DNA of 64,000 nt from Escherichia coli (GTDB lineage: Bacteria > Pseudomonadota > Gammaproteobacteria > Enterobacterales > Enterobacteriaceae), in NCBI RefSeq assembly GCF_003790525.1, contig NZ_CP033635.1, one strand, 5' to 3'. This document shows positions 47,186 to 62,457 of the stretch, piece after piece; positions within the stretch are counted from its first letter, which is position 1; each line of letters begins with the position of its first letter. Under the pieces are notes generated by a model. The model had not been told where the DNA came from. It did not search any database and worked only from the letters and a program-made list of their open reading frames with translations. A program made the position numbers and the translations under genes.

Positions 47186-48427
47186 ATGAACAAAACGCTA
47201 ATCGCCGCAACTGTGGCAGGGATAGTTTTACTCGCTTCAAATGCTCAGGCACAAACCGTACCGGAAGGCTATCAGCTACAGCAAGTGCTCATGATGAGCC
47301 GCCATAACTTACGTGCGCCGCTGGCGAACAATGGCAGTGTGCTGGAGCAGTCGACGCCGAATAAATGGCCTGAATGGGACGTCCCCGGTGGGCAACTCAC
47401 CACCAAAGGTGGCGTGCTCGAAGTGTATATGGGCCATTACATGCGTGAATGGCTGGCAGAGCAGGGGATGGTAAAATCGGGGGAATGCCCGCCGCCGGAC
47501 ACCGTTTATGCCTATGCCAATAGTCTGCAACGTACCGTTGCGACTGCACAGTTCTTTATTACCGGCGCATTCCCGGGGTGCGATATTCCTGTGCATCACC
47601 AGGAAAAAATGGGCACTATGGACCCAACCTTTAATCCGGTGATCACCGATGATTCCGCCGCATTCAGTGAACAGGCGGTGGCGGCAATGGAGAAAGAGCT
47701 CAGCAAACTCCAGCTTACCGACAGCTACCAGCTACTGGAAAAAATCGTTAACTATAAAGATTCCCCTGCGTGTAAAGAGAAACAACAATGTTCGCTGGTG
47801 GATGGCAAAAATACCTTTAGCGCGAAGTATCAACAAGAACCGGGCGTTTCCGGGCCGCTGAAAGTCGGCAACTCGCTGGTAGATGCGTTTACTTTGCAAT
47901 ACTACGAAGGTTTTCCGATGGATCAGGTGGCCTGGGGAGAAATCAAATCTGACCAGCAGTGGAGGGGGTTGTCGAAGCTGAAAAACGGTTACCAGGACAG
48001 CCTGTTTACCTCACCGGAAGTGGCGCGCAATGTTGCGAAACCGCTGGTCAGTTATATCGACAAAGCCCTGGTCACCGATCGCACCAGCGCTCCGAAAATC
48101 ACGGTGTTAGTTGGGCATGACTCCAACATTGCCTCTCTGTTAACGGCGCTGGATTTCAAACCGTATCAGTTGCATGACCAGAACGAACGCACGCCGATTG
48201 GCGGCAAAATCGTTTTCCAGCGTTGGCATGACAGCAAAACCAATCGCGACCTGATGAAAATCGAGTATGTGTACCAGAGTGCAGAACAGTTACGTAATGC
48301 TGACGCGTTAACCCTTCAGGCACCTGCGCAGCGCGTGACGCTGGAATTAAGCGGTTGCCCGATAGATGCCAACGGTTTCTGCCCAATGGATAAGTTTGAT
48401 AGCGTGTTGAATGAAGCGGTGAAATAA
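47186..48427 (+). CDS. agp: Periplasmic glucose-1-phosphatase
   Basis: 413 aa from [22 protein letters not shown]; histidine acid phosphatase motif RHNLRAP. Confidence 0.95.
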   Translation: MNKTLIAATVAGIVLLASNAQAQTVPEGYQLQQVLMMSRHNLRAPLANNGSVLEQSTPNKWPEWDVPGGQLTTKGGVLEVYMGHYMREWLAEQGMVKSGECPPPDTVYAYANSLQRTVATAQFFITGAFPGCDIPVHHQEKMGTMDPTFNPVITDDSAAFSEQAVAAMEKELSKLQLTDSYQLLEKIVNYKDSPACKEKQQCSLVDGKNTFSAKYQQEPGVSGPLKVGNSLVDAFTLQYYEGFPMDQVAWGEIKSDQQWRGLSKLKNGYQDSLFTSPEVARNVAKPLVSYIDKALVTDRTSAPKITVLVGHDSNIASLLTALDFKPYQLHDQNERTPIGGKIVFQRWHDSKTNRDLMKIEYVYQSAEQLRNADALTLQAPAQRVTLELSGCPIDANGFCPMDKFDSVLNEAVK

Positions 48428-48430
48428 CAG

Positions 48431-48458
48431 AAAACTCCCCCGTTCGCTACGGGGGAGT
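48431..48458. terminator. Bidirectional intrinsic terminator between agp and yccJ
   Basis: Hairpin ctcccccg...cgggggag with flanking A/T runs. Confidence 0.75.
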
Positions 48459-48464
48459 CGCTGG

Positions 48465-48692
48465 TTAAACGTTTTTACGTTCGATGGTCTGTTCGCCCCA
48501 AAAAAGCGAATCTTTGTCGGTCTTAGCAAAGGCTTTGACTAACACTTCATCGCTACCTTCTTCCCAAATCTTTTCCGCCATTTTTTCGTCGTACCCGGCG
48601 ACTTCGAAAATGGCCTCGGCTATTTCCGGCGACGTATTGCGCAGAGATGCCCATTCACCGACGTGATGAGCTTTCGCTTCTTGAGTTGGCAT
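48465..48692 (-). CDS. yccJ: Small protein YccJ
   Basis: 75-aa [44 protein letters not shown]... Confidence 0.9.
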
Positions 48693-48712
48693 GCGTATCC
48701 TCCTGTTGAAGA

Positions 48713-49327
<615 letters not shown>

Positions 49328-49681
49328 TTATCTCTATTCCGTAGCGATTCGCTACCACTTATTTAAAGATAAGACGTCCTTTTCAGAGTGCAAATTTCAC
49401 AACCACTTATTTGATTTATAACAACTTTCACAAGCACGTAATTTTGTCGCAAAATGACACATTTTTATCTCATCGCGTTTTTTTAATCATAAGAGCGGCT
49501 TATGGATAATTATTGGAGATGATATCTATTCTCGCTAAGAAGCTGTTGCAGGATATTACCAAACGCAGGTCTGCCCACGTCAGTTCACTAAGCTTAGTCC
49601 CACGTAGCGAAAATATGGCAGCCGCCATACGCCGCGTTAATTCTATGCAATATGATGTCTATACCCAGACGGAGGTCAGTA

Positions 49682-49855
49682 ATGGCAAACCATCGAGGCG
49701 GTTCCGGCAATTTTGCAGAAGACCGCGAAAGAGCATCAGAAGCAGGTAAAAAAGGTGGACAGCACAGCGGGGGTAATTTCAAGAATGACCCGCAGCGCGC
49801 ATCTGAAGCAGGTAAAAAAGGTGGCAAGAGCAGTCACGGCAAAAGCGACAACTAG
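49682..49855 (+). CDS. ymdF: Stress-induced KGG-repeat protein YmdF
   Basis: 57 aa from MANHRGGSGNFAEDRERASEAGKKGG..., with duplicated SEAGKKGG motif. Confidence 0.88.
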   Translation: MANHRGGSGNFAEDRERASEAGKKGGQHSGGNFKNDPQRASEAGKKGGKSSHGKSDN

Positions 49856-49908
49856 CCGGGCTAATCAATGACGAATGCATTTTTTTCTTAAGCTCGTCAA
49901 AAAGCCAT

Positions 49909-49938
49909 CACCGCCGGTAACCCCGGCGGTTTTCTGTT
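49909..49938 (+). terminator. Intrinsic terminator after ymdF
   Basis: Hairpin ccgccggtaaccccggcgg followed by a T-run. Confidence 0.7.
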
Positions 49939-51266
49939 TATGGCTCCTGATGAATAACTTCTGGCGGTGGAACGTCAACCAACCTTCTGCTTAATAACGC
50001 ATTGAGTAAAATCGCGCCAAAGGTTGCTGTACCGATCCCTCCCAACGTAAAACCGCCCAGCGTGAGAGCAAAATCACCCGCGCCCAGCACTAAGGTTACT
50101 GCGACCATAATCAAATTACCGTTCTGGCTTAAATCGATACGGTTTTGTACCCAGATCCTTGCGCCTGCGACGGCAATCAGCCCGAACACAACAATTGATG
50201 CACCACCAATCACCGCGGCCGGAATGGTATGGATCAGCGCGCCAAATTTCGGCGAAAAGCCCAACAGCATGGCGATGACGGCAGCAGCAACAAACACCAG
50301 CGTCGAGTAGACTTTGGTCACGGCCATCACACCGATATTTTCAGCATAGGTGGTGACGCCGCTACCGCCGACAGAGCCGGAAAGCATCGTTGCCAGACCA
50401 TCACCGACGAATGCCCGTCCCATATACGGATCCATATTGCGTCCGGTCATCCCGGCGACCGCCTTGAGATGACCTAAGTTTTCCGCCACCAGAATCACCG
50501 CCACGGGCGCAATCAACATCATCGCCTGGCTATTAAAACCAGGAGTGGAAAAATGCGGCAGACCGAACCAGGCAGCATGGCTGACGAGAGTAAAATCGAC
50601 GGCTTTTCCCAGCCCTAAAACGTTGGTCATCACGCCATACAGCAGACAGGCGACAATTAATCCTACGAGAATCAATAACCGCTGGATCATGCCACGGGTA
50701 AATACCGCTACCAGCCCAATACACAGCACCGTCATTACCGCCATCCAGCTATCAAAGGCCGAAGCCGATACACTTTTCACTGCGATAGGCGCTAAGTTCA
50801 GGCCAATCGCCATCACCACCGCACCCGTCACCACCGGCGGCATTAGCCGTTCAATCCAGCGCGTACCGATTTTCATCACCACCAGGCCAATGACGGTATA
50901 AACCAGCCCACAGGCGATAATCCCGCCCAGCGCAATGCTGATATTCGGGTTAATGCCCTGACCGTTAAAGCCCGTCGCGGCAATCACCACGCCGACAAAA
51001 GCCGCGCTGGAGCCGAGATAACTGGGGACGCGCCCGCCGGTAATAAAGAAAAACAGTAACGTGCCGATCCCCGACATCAAAATGGAAAGATTGGGATCCA
51101 GCCCCATCAGAATAGGCATTAACACCGTCGCGCCAAACATCGCCACCGCGTGTTGAACGCCCATTATTGCCGTCTGAGCAAACGGCAATCGTTCATCCGG
51201 CGCGACCACGCCGCTCTCTGTAGAGGTCGATTTTAACTGCCAGTGAGGAAAACCGAACATTGCCAT
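49938..51266 (-). CDS. rutG: Pyrimidine permease RutG
   Basis: 442 aa from MAMFGFPHWQLKSTST..., NCS2-family transporter. Confidence 0.93.
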   Translation of the reverse strand: MAMFGFPHWQLKSTSTESGVVAPDERLPFAQTAIMGVQHAVAMFGATVLMPILMGLDPNLSILMSGIGTLLFFFITGGRVPSYLGSSAAFVGVVIAATGFNGQGINPNISIALGGIIACGLVYTVIGLVVMKIGTRWIERLMPPVVTGAVVMAIGLNLAPIAVKSVSASAFDSWMAVMTVLCIGLVAVFTRGMIQRLLILVGLIVACLLYGVMTNVLGLGKAVDFTLVSHAAWFGLPHFSTPGFNSQAMMLIAPVAVILVAENLGHLKAVAGMTGRNMDPYMGRAFVGDGLATMLSGSVGGSGVTTYAENIGVMAVTKVYSTLVFVAAAVIAMLLGFSPKFGALIHTIPAAVIGGASIVVFGLIAVAGARIWVQNRIDLSQNGNLIMVAVTLVLGAGDFALTLGGFTLGGIGTATFGAILLNALLSRRLVDVPPPEVIHQEP

Positions 51267-51286
51267 CAGCTGTCTCCTTAAGGAGG

Positions 51287-51781
51287 TTAACAAGCAGGGC
51301 GCATCAGCGCGTGATAACTGCGATCAAACCACACCAGCCCGTAGGGGGTGGCGTGACGATGAATCGCTTCGATGGCGCAAAACAGAATGTCGTGGGTGCC
51401 GACGCTCACCACCTGGCTGATACGGCAGTCAAACGAAACCAGTGCTTCTTCCAGTTGCGGGCATCCGGTCACACCCGTCTGCCAGCGGGCGGCGGCAAAG
51501 CGGTGTTCCATGGGCGTTTTGCCGCCAAAAAGGTTTGAAAGCGGCTCCTGCCCGGCGCTAAGTGTATTTACACACAGCGTTCGATTTTCATTGAATACCG
51601 GCCAGACGGACGCCCCACGATTCAGGCACACCAGTAATGTGGGCGGCGTATCGGTCACGCTGCAGACGGCGCTGGCGGTGAACCCGGCGCGCCCGGCTGG
51701 ACCGTCCGTGGTGATGATATTGACCGCCGCGCCCATGCAGGACATCGCATCGCGAAAAGTTTGTTGATCGACAATGTTCAT
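51287..51781 (-). CDS. rutF: Flavin reductase RutF
   Basis: 164 aa from [28 protein letters not shown]... Confidence 0.93.
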
Positions 51782-51791
51782 AGTTTGCTCC

Positions 51792-52382
51792 TTACAACAG
51801 CCCGCAGGCTTCCTCAAAGGACAGACGTGGCAGGCGCGCATAAAGCTTGCTGCTATCGCCATAGCCGATATTAATCAGCAGATTGCTCTTCAGCGTGCTG
51901 CCTGCAAAAAAAGCGTCGTCTACGTGTTGACGGTCAAAACCCGACATCGGGCCGGTATCCAGCCCCAGCGCACGGCAGGCGACGATCAGATAGGCCGCCT
52001 GCATGGAACTGTTGCGAAACGCTGTTTCTTCGGCAAGTTGTGGGCTGGAGGTAAACCAACTGCGGGCATCGCCGTGAGGAAACAGCTGTGGTAACCGTTC
52101 ATAAAATTCACTGTCCCAGGCGACGATAGCGGTGACGGGCGCGGTCAGGGTTTTTTGCAGATTGCCGCTGGAAAGCGCCGGGCGCAGACGTTCTTTTCCT
52201 TCTGCAGTGCGGATAAACACGAACCGTGCCGGAGAACAGTTAGCTGATGTCGGCCCCCATTTCATCAGGGCATAAAGCTCCCGTAACGTCTCATCGCTGA
52301 CGGGTGTCTCCCGCCAGCCGTTGTGAGTGCGGGCATCGGTGAACAGGGTGCTAAGCGCACCAGGGCTAACGGCTTCGTTCAT
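51792..52382 (-). CDS. rutE: Malonic semialdehyde reductase RutE
   Basis: 196-aa nitroreductase-like ORF. Confidence 0.92.
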   Translation of the reverse strand: MNEAVSPGALSTLFTDARTHNGWRETPVSDETLRELYALMKWGPTSANCSPARFVFIRTAEGKERLRPALSSGNLQKTLTAPVTAIVAWDSEFYERLPQLFPHGDARSWFTSSPQLAEETAFRNSSMQAAYLIVACRALGLDTGPMSGFDRQHVDDAFFAGSTLKSNLLINIGYGDSSKLYARLPRLSFEEACGLL

Positions 52383-53191
52383 AGCAATTCCTTACAGGCG
52401 GCTTCACGGTGATGTAACAGGCTGGCAAGCCCGTTGAGTAACAGAGCATTAAACGTTTCGGGATCGGTCACGTTGCAGGCGTGTCCGCCATAGCGCATCA
52501 CCATTTTCTGGCTATCGGGCAGGGCGGCATGAAGTTCACTGGAACATGCTGTTGGCACCAGAAGATCATCACTGGCGCAGATGATTTGCACCGGGCAGCG
52601 GATGCGATCCGCATGGCGACTAAAGTCAGCGCGTTTGAGGGCGTTAAGTCGACGCAGTAAATTATTTTTGCCCTGAAAATGCGCCAGTGCCAGCGCGTCT
52701 TCAGCTTCCAGGCGAGGTGCGCGGGCCGCCATCCAGTCGGCGGGATAGAGGAACAATGGCTGCGCTTCCACCCATGCCTGCGCGCCGCCGCTATGTAGTA
52801 ACTGCTCGCGAACCTGAAAACAGCGGCGCGTATGGGCGTTTATTCGTAGCCAGCCGTTAACGCTGACCAGCACAGTTACCGACGCGGGATAATCCAGCGC
52901 CAGCTGCATTCCCACCAGCGCACCGAGCGCATGGCCGACCACCGCGTAACGCTCAATCCCTGCGGCTACCAGCGCCTGATGCAGTTCCGCTGCCATCTGG
53001 GCGATACTGTAATCTTCTGCCAGCGTGTCGGGATTATTGCCGGTGCCGCGCTGGTCGTAACAGACTACCTGATACTCCTGCTCCAGCACCGCCAGTTGCG
53101 GTAACCAGTAACTGCCGCTACCGCCAAGACCCGAAATCAACACCACTACGGGCGCATCAGCATAAGGGGGAGGTGAGAGTGAAAGTTTCAT
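52379..53191 (-). CDS. rutD: Alpha/beta hydrolase RutD
   Basis: ORF from [26 protein letters not shown]...; exact start uncertain within a few codons. Confidence 0.9.
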   Translation of the reverse strand: MKLSLSPPPYADAPVVVLISGLGGSGSYWLPQLAVLEQEYQVVCYDQRGTGNNPDTLAEDYSIAQMAAELHQALVAAGIERYAVVGHALGALVGMQLALDYPASVTVLVSVNGWLRINAHTRRCFQVREQLLHSGGAQAWVEAQPLFLYPADWMAARAPRLEAEDALALAHFQGKNNLLRRLNALKRADFSRHADRIRCPVQIICASDDLLVPTACSSELHAALPDSQKMVMRYGGHACNVTDPETFNALLLNGLASLLHHREAACKELL

Positions 53192-53198
53192 CGCGGCC

Positions 53199-53585
53199 TC
53201 ACTTGGCGATATGCGCAATTGTGGCGATTTCCACCAGTGCGTCAGGTTTTACCAGTCCGCACTGAATGCAGAATCGCGCCGGTTTATCACCCGGAAAAAA
53301 CTCGGCGTAGATTTCGTTAATCGCGGCGTAATTTTTCCAGTCGGTAATAAAGATGCTGTTGAAGGTCACATCCGCCATTGTGCCACCCGCCGTCTCGATC
53401 ACCTTGCGGATGGTTTCCAGAACGTGGCGGGTTTGCGCCTTTGGGTCATCGGCAAACAGCACGTTATTATGTTGATCAAAAGCCAGCGTACCGGAGACAT
53501 ACACCACGCCATCAGCCAGCGTGCCGGGAACGAAGGGGGCCAGCGGTGCGCTGCTGCCAGCGGGAATAATTACGGATTTTGGCAT
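53199..53585 (-). CDS. rutC: Aminoacrylate peracid reductase RutC
   Basis: 128-aa RidA-family ORF. Confidence 0.93.
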
Positions 53586-53596
53586 CGTTAAACTCC

Positions 53597-55436
<1,840 letters not shown>

Positions 55437-55464
55437 ATCCTTTTCAGCCGCGTAATGGCTTGTT

Positions 55465-55480
55465 TGCAAAGCGGATGCCA
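55465..55480 (-). promoter_or_regulatory. Sigma-54 (-24/-12) promoter of the rut operon
   Basis: Minus strand reads TGGCAT-ccgct-TTGCA, matching TGGCAC-N5-TTGCW, about 30 nt upstream of the rutA ATG. Confidence 0.75.
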
Positions 55481-55544
55481 GTTTTTAAAAAGCGAATGTT
55501 ATTAATGTGTTAATGTTTGGTTGTCTGAAATATCTGGAAAAAAG

Positions 55545-55560
55545 TGGACTAAACGGTCAA
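55545..55560. promoter_or_regulatory. Candidate RutR operator
   Basis: TTGACCGTTTAGTCCA (read on the minus strand) resembles the RutR palindrome TTGACCAnnTGGTCAA; sits in the rutA-rutR intergenic region. Confidence 0.55.
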
Positions 55561-55666
55561 AACAGTTGCACATAAAACATGCATCCGTGCGCGATGAGAG
55601 TGCAGAAGGTCGAGGCCGGGCGGGGGTTTTGCTATCCTGTTGCCAATCTACAAGAGGGGAGAGCGC

Positions 55667-56305
55667 ATGACGCAAGGCGCAGTGAAAATAACGGGTAAAC
55701 GTTCGCGCGCAGTAAGCGCGAAGAAAAAAGCGATTCTTAGCGCAGCACTGGACACTTTTTCACAATTCGGTTTTCACGGCACAAGGCTGGAGCAGATCGC
55801 AGAGTTGGCAGGCGTTTCAAAAACCAATCTGCTGTATTACTTCCCGTCAAAAGAGGCGCTGTATATAGCCGTACTGCGGCAGATTCTCGATATCTGGCTG
55901 GCACCGTTAAAAGCGTTTCGTGAAGATTTCGCCCCGCTGGCGGCGATCAAAGAGTACATCCGTCTGAAGCTGGAAGTCTCACGCGATTATCCGCAGGCTT
56001 CACGTCTGTTTTGTATGGAGATGCTGGCAGGCGCGCCGTTGTTAATGGATGAACTGACGGGCGATTTGAAGGCATTAATTGATGAGAAATCGGCGCTGAT
56101 TGCCGGTTGGGTAAAAAGCGGCAAACTCGCGCCGATTGATCCGCAGCATTTGATTTTTATGATTTGGGCTTCCACTCAACATTACGCCGATTTCGCCCCT
56201 CAGGTGGAGGCGGTGACAGGCGCGACGTTGCGCGATGAGGTATTTTTCAATCAAACGGTTGAAAACGTGCAGCGGATTATTATTGAGGGGATTCGACCAC
56301 GTTAA
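55667..56305 (+). CDS. rutR: TetR-family pyrimidine-utilisation regulator RutR
   Basis: 212 aa from MTQGAVKITGKRSRAVSAKKKAILSAALDTFSQFGFHGTRLEQIAELAGVSKTNLLYYF. Confidence 0.93.
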   Translation: MTQGAVKITGKRSRAVSAKKKAILSAALDTFSQFGFHGTRLEQIAELAGVSKTNLLYYFPSKEALYIAVLRQILDIWLAPLKAFREDFAPLAAIKEYIRLKLEVSRDYPQASRLFCMEMLAGAPLLMDELTGDLKALIDEKSALIAGWVKSGKLAPIDPQHLIFMIWASTQHYADFAPQVEAVTGATLRDEVFFNQTVENVQRIIIEGIRPR

Positions 56306-56309
56306 AGAT

Positions 56310-56337
56310 GCCGGAGGAGGTTGTAACATCCTCCGGC
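56310..56337. terminator. Bidirectional hairpin between rutR and putA
   Basis: Inverted repeat gccggaggagg...cctcctccggc. Confidence 0.65.
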
Positions 56338-56344
56338 TACCTGT

Positions 56345-59300
56345 TTAACCGATCGTCATTAAACTGGCGTTACCGCCAGCGGCAGCGGTATTCACACTCA
56401 GCGAACGCTCGATATACAGCCGTTCCAGAAGGATATTGCTTTCGCCACGGGCAAAACCCTGCACCGAAACAATTGCACCATCCCGCGCGGCAACGGCTTC
56501 ACACAATGCGCGAAGCTGATCCGAATCACCGTGGAAGATCACCGCATCAAAGGGTTGAGCGGTTATATTTTCCGCTTTCGCCAGTTGAATACGTTCGCTG
56601 ACTGCCGATGGCAATGCCTTCACTAACTGATGATGCAGCGTGTCATCCGGCCACAGTACCTGGCTGCCCACCGCCAGCACGGCGGCGAGCTGAGTCAGCG
56701 CATCCTGTTCATCATCCGCGATACACAATACGCGCTCACGCGGCAGCAGCGTCCAGGTGTTGCGTTCACCCGTCGGCCCTGGCAGCAATCGTTGTGTTCC
56801 TGCCTGCGCCAGCTCGCCATATTGCGTACATAACGCCTGCAATTCTGGACGGTTTGCCGCCCATTCCCGCAGTGCATTTAGCGGCTGAGTCAATGCGGCT
56901 TTCAACTGCGCATCGACCGGATACTCTGCGTCCTGACGCGCGAGCGTCACTGCCAGCGCACTTTCTGGGCGATTCGCCAGCAGACGGTAGAGATAGAGCG
57001 GACCGCCTGCTTTCGGCCCGGTGCCGGACAACCCTTCGCCGCCGAATGGTTGCACCCCAACCACTGCGCCCACCATATTACGGTTAACGTACAGATTACC
57101 GACATGCGCCGAGCCAGTGACCTGGGCGATGGTTTCATCAATGCGCGTATGGACGCCAAGCGTCAGACCATAACCGGAAGCGTTAATCTGCTCGATCAGC
57201 GCCGGCAGCTGGTTACGGTTGTAACGCACCACATGCAGCACCGGACCAAAGACCTCTTTTTGTAATTCGGCAAAGTCATCCAGTTCGATCAGCGTCGGAG
57301 CGACAAAGGTGCCGCTTTGCCATTCACGGGTATCTTCGCTGTTTTCCCGCACCGCCTGGAACACCTGACGGCCTTTACTACGCATGGTCTGAATATGACG
57401 CTCGATATTGGCTTTCGCTTCGCTATCAATCACCGGACCGATATCGGTGGTCAGGCGACCCGGATTACCCATCCGGCATTCGGCCATTGCGCCGCGCAGC
57501 ATTTTCAGCGTGTGGTCGGCAATCTCATCTTGCAGGCACAGCACGCGCAGTGCCGAACAACGCTGACCTGCACTGTCGAACGCCGAGGCCAGCACATCTA
57601 TTACGACTTGTTCGGTCAGTGCTGAAGAATCGACAATCATCGCGTTCATGCCGCCGGTTTCAGCGATGAGCGGAATAGGGCGACCCTGAGCGTCCAGGCG
57701 GCTGGCGATATTGCGCTGCAGTAACGTAGCGACTTCGGTTGAACCGGTAAACATCACCCCGCGCACGCGATCATCACCCGTCAGTTGCGCGCCCACGGTT
57801 TCACCCCGACCGGGCAGCAATTGCACCACGCCTGGCGGTACACCCGCTTCCAGCAAAATGGCGATCCCTTGCGCGGCAATCAGCGGCGTTTGTTCTGCCG
57901 GTTTTGCCAGCACGCTGTTACCTGCCGCCAGTGCGGCAGCGATCTGTCCGGTGAAAATCGCCAGCGGGAAGTTCCACGGACTGATACATACCACAGGCCC
58001 TAATGGACGGTGGGTTTCGTTAGCGAAATCATCCCGCACCTGTCCGGCATAGTAGTGGAGAAAATCGACCGCTTCGCGCACTTCGGCAATGGCGTTACTG
58101 AAGGTTTTTCCGGCTTCACGCACCAGAATACCAATCAGTTGCTGCATCTGGCTTTCCATTAGCACGGCAGCGCGATGCAAAATTGCCGCGCGTTCAGCCG
58201 GAGGCGTGGCAAACCAGATTGGCGCGTTATTAACCGCACTTTCCAGCGCCTGTTCTACTTCACGCGGCGTGGCTTCACGCACATAGCCCACAATATCTTT
58301 CGGTTCCGCAGGGTTAATAACGGGCGACATCTCACCTGCCGCTACCGGTTGTTCCAGCATTGGCAAGGACTGCCATTTTTGCAGTGCACTATTGAGCAGG
58401 GCTGAAGAGAGCGAGGCCAGACGGTGTTCGTTAGCGAGATCCAGCCCTGCCGAGTTGTCGCGCCCGTGACCGTAAAGATCGCGCGGCAGGGGAATTTTCG
58501 GATGCGGTAATCCAGTTTGCCCTTCCTGTTGTGCCAGTTTTTCTACAGCAGTGACTGGATCGGCGACCAGTTCATCCAGTGGCAAAGAGGTGTCGGCAAT
58601 ACGGTTAACAAACGAGGTGTTAGCACCGTTTTCCAGCAGGCGGCGCACCAGATACGCCAGCAGCGTTTCATGTGTACCGACCGGAGCATAAATACGACAC
58701 GGACGGTTAAGTTTGCCGTCGGCAACTTTCCCGGTGACCTGCTCATACAGTGGTTCGCCCATACCATGCAGGCACTGGAACTCGTACTGACCCGGGTAGT
58801 AGTTTTGACCCGCCAGTTGATAAATCGCTGCCAGCGTATGGGCGTTGTGCGTCGCGAACTGCGGGTAGATTAAATTCGGCACCGCCAGCAGTTTTTTCGC
58901 ACAGGCAAGATAAGAAACGTCGGTATACACCTTGCGGGTATAAACCGGATAACCTTCAAGGCCGTCCATCTGTGCACGCTTGATTTCACTATCCCAGTAC
59001 GCGCCTTTCACCAGGCGAATCATCAGACGGCGACGGCTGCGGGTGGCGAGATCAATCAGGTAATCGATCACCAACGGGCAGCGTTTTTGATAAGCCTGAA
59101 TAACAAAACCGATGCCGTTCCAGCCTGCCAGTTCCGGCTCGAAACAGAGTTTTTCCAGCAGATCGAGGGAGATCTCCAGACGATCGGCCTCTTCGGCATC
59201 GATGTTAATACCAATATCGTACTGACGCGCCAGCAGGGTGAGTGATTTCAGACGTGGGTAAAGCTCTTCCATTACCCGGTCATACTGGGCGCGGCTGTAA

Positions 59301-60307
59301 CGCGGATGCAGCGCCGACAGCTTGATTGAAATGCCTGGACCTTCATAGATGCCACGACCATTGGACGCTTTACCAATGGCGTGAATCGCCTGTTGATAGG
59401 AAACCATATACGCCTGTGCATCTGCGGCAGTCAGCGCGGCTTCGCCCAGCATATCGTAAGAGTAACGGAAACCTTTCTCTTCCAGCTTGCGGGCATTGGC
59501 TAACGCTTCCGCGATGGTTTCGCCAGTGACGAACTGCTCTCCCATCAGGCGCATCGCCATATCCACACCTTTGCGGATCAGCGGTTCACCGCTCTTACCG
59601 ATAATGCGGTTCAGCGAGCGGGAGAGACTGGCTTCGTTATGGGTGGAAACCAGTTTGCCGGTAAACAGCAGCCCCCAGGTGGCGGCATTAACAAACAAAG
59701 ACGGGCTACGACCAATGTGTGACTGCCAGTTACCGTTGCTGATTTTGTCGCGAATTAACGCGTCCCGGGTGGCTTTGTCGGGAATACGCAACAACGCTTC
59801 TGCCAGACACATCAGCGCCACGCCTTCCTGCGATGACAGCGAAAACTCCTGCAATAACCCCTGGACCATACCTGCGCGACCACTGGCATTTTTTTGATTA
59901 CGCAGTTTATCGGCCAGTTGATACGCCAGTTTATGCGCCTGTTCAGCAACTGGTTGCGGCAGGCGGGCTTGTTCCAGCAGCATCGAAACCGCTTCGGTTT
60001 CCGGGCGGCGATAGGCCGCGGTGATCGCGGCGCGGGAAACCGACTGGGGCAAAATTTGCTCGGCAAAGTCGAGGAATGGCTGGTGTGGTTCCTCTGCCGG
60101 AGTCGGTGCTTCATCGCTCTCATTGGCCGCGCCAGAAAGCAGCGCAGGTAGCTCCGGCAGAGTATCGCTGTTTTCCAGTTGTTCAAGATAAGAAAAAATC
60201 GCCTGCTTAATTAACCAGTGTGGCGTGCGATCGATACGTGTCGCGGCAGACTTAATACGCTCACGCGTCGCGTCGTCCAGCTTAACCCCCATGGTGGTGG
60301 TTCCCAT
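56345..60307 (-). CDS. putA: Bifunctional proline dehydrogenase / P5C dehydrogenase and repressor PutA
   Basis: 1320 aa from MGTTTMGVKLDDATRERIKSAATRIDRTPHWLIKQAIFSYL (ribbon-helix-helix N-terminus). Confidence 0.95.
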   Translation of the reverse strand: MGTTTMGVKLDDATRERIKSAATRIDRTPHWLIKQAIFSYLEQLENSDTLPELPALLSGAANESDEAPTPAEEPHQPFLDFAEQILPQSVSRAAITAAYRRPETEAVSMLLEQARLPQPVAEQAHKLAYQLADKLRNQKNASGRAGMVQGLLQEFSLSSQEGVALMCLAEALLRIPDKATRDALIRDKISNGNWQSHIGRSPSLFVNAATWGLLFTGKLVSTHNEASLSRSLNRIIGKSGEPLIRKGVDMAMRLMGEQFVTGETIAEALANARKLEEKGFRYSYDMLGEAALTAADAQAYMVSYQQAIHAIGKASNGRGIYEGPGISIKLSALHPRYSRAQYDRVMEELYPRLKSLTLLARQYDIGINIDAEEADRLEISLDLLEKLCFEPELAGWNGIGFVIQAYQKRCPLVIDYLIDLATRSRRRLMIRLVKGAYWDSEIKRAQMDGLEGYPVYTRKVYTDVSYLACAKKLLAVPNLIYPQFATHNAHTLAAIYQLAGQNYYPGQYEFQCLHGMGEPLYEQVTGKVADGKLNRPCRIYAPVGTHETLLAYLVRRLLENGANTSFVNRIADTSLPLDELVADPVTAVEKLAQQEGQTGLPHPKIPLPRDLYGHGRDNSAGLDLANEHRLASLSSALLNSALQKWQSLPMLEQPVAAGEMSPVINPAEPKDIVGYVREATPREVEQALESAVNNAPIWFATPPAERAAILHRAAVLMESQMQQLIGILVREAGKTFSNAIAEVREAVDFLHYYAGQVRDDFANETHRPLGPVVCISPWNFPLAIFTGQIAAALAAGNSVLAKPAEQTPLIAAQGIAILLEAGVPPGVVQLLPGRGETVGAQLTGDDRVRGVMFTGSTEVATLLQRNIASRLDAQGRPIPLIAETGGMNAMIVDSSALTEQVVIDVLASAFDSAGQRCSALRVLCLQDEIADHTLKMLRGAMAECRMGNPGRLTTDIGPVIDSEAKANIERHIQTMRSKGRQVFQAVRENSEDTREWQSGTFVAPTLIELDDFAELQKEVFGPVLHVVRYNRNQLPALIEQINASGYGLTLGVHTRIDETIAQVTGSAHVGNLYVNRNMVGAVVGVQPFGGEGLSGTGPKAGGPLYLYRLLANRPESALAVTLARQDAEYPVDAQLKAALTQPLNALREWAANRPELQALCTQYGELAQAGTQRLLPGPTGERNTWTLLPRERVLCIADDEQDALTQLAAVLAVGSQVLWPDDTLHHQLVKALPSAVSERIQLAKAENITAQPFDAVIFHGDSDQLRALCEAVAARDGAIVSVQGFARGESNILLERLYIERSLSVNTAAAGGNASLMTIG

Positions 60308-60331
60308 GCCATTACTCCTGTTGTTCTGAAA

Positions 60332-60543
60332 GGTGCAACTTAACGTTATCGTGAAATATCCATGATGTTGCAACTTTGTGCAACCATGTTAAATGTGACC
60401 TGCGTAGCAAGCTTAAAAATGAATGAAATGTTAATAAAAGAAATCGATATGACAGGGATTAAAAAAATAACTCAGACTTTTTCTCTGCGGCAGTTAACAT
60501 TTTTGAAAGGTGCAACCGCAAAAAATGTGAGAGAGTGCAACCT
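60332..60543. promoter_or_regulatory. put control region with PutA operator motifs
   Basis: Five GTTGCA-type motifs (ggtgcaac, gttgcaac, gtgcaacc, ggtgcaacc, agtgcaacc) in the divergent putA-putP intergenic region. Confidence 0.75.
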
Positions 60544-60729
60544 GATGAAAAATAGTGTCGCTGAGCACTAAAATTTAATGTAAATGGTGTGTTAAATCGA
60601 TTGTGAATAACCAGCGCTTCCGGCAGGATACGGTCGCCCTGGTAAAACATAAACTCTGTTACCCCGTTCCGGTGGCAGATATAACGGCAAGTTTCGACAT
60701 TGCCGATAATAATTTTTTGGAGACTTTAG

Positions 60730-62238
<1,509 letters not shown>

Positions 62239-62282
62239 GAGAAGGCGTTTTACCGAAAATTTCACGTCATAACAGGAAGCAG

Positions 62283-62319
62283 GCAGAGGGCAATCAGTGA
62301 TTGCCCTCTGCGTTTTTTC
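62283..62319 (+). terminator. Intrinsic terminator after putP
   Basis: Hairpin gcagagggcaatcagtgattgccctctgc followed by gttttttct. Confidence 0.8.
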
Positions 62320-62340
62320 TCAAAATATTTTTACATCTTC

Positions 62341-62400
62341 TCATCATTATCACTACATTCCACTTGTATTTTTCTTCATCGTAATGATAATCGATATCAC
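62341..62400 (+). promoter_or_regulatory. Candidate Fur-box region upstream of efeU
   Basis: tcatcattatcac and taatgataatcgatatcac resemble the Fur consensus GATAATGATAATCATTATC. Confidence 0.5.
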
Positions 62401-62457
62401 TGCGATTTACTTTTCTTTGCATAGATTGACTCAGAAAAACGTTTAAGGGTGGGTGGC

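Noticed and set aside
49513-49749. 78-aa ORF upstream of and overlapping ymdF
   Set aside because: Different frame from ymdF, in the wrbA/ymdF promoter region; no support.
60362-60571. 69-aa ORF in the putA-putP control region
   Set aside because: Overlaps the PutA operator sites and promoters of the divergent put genes; AT-rich regulatory DNA often yields such frames.
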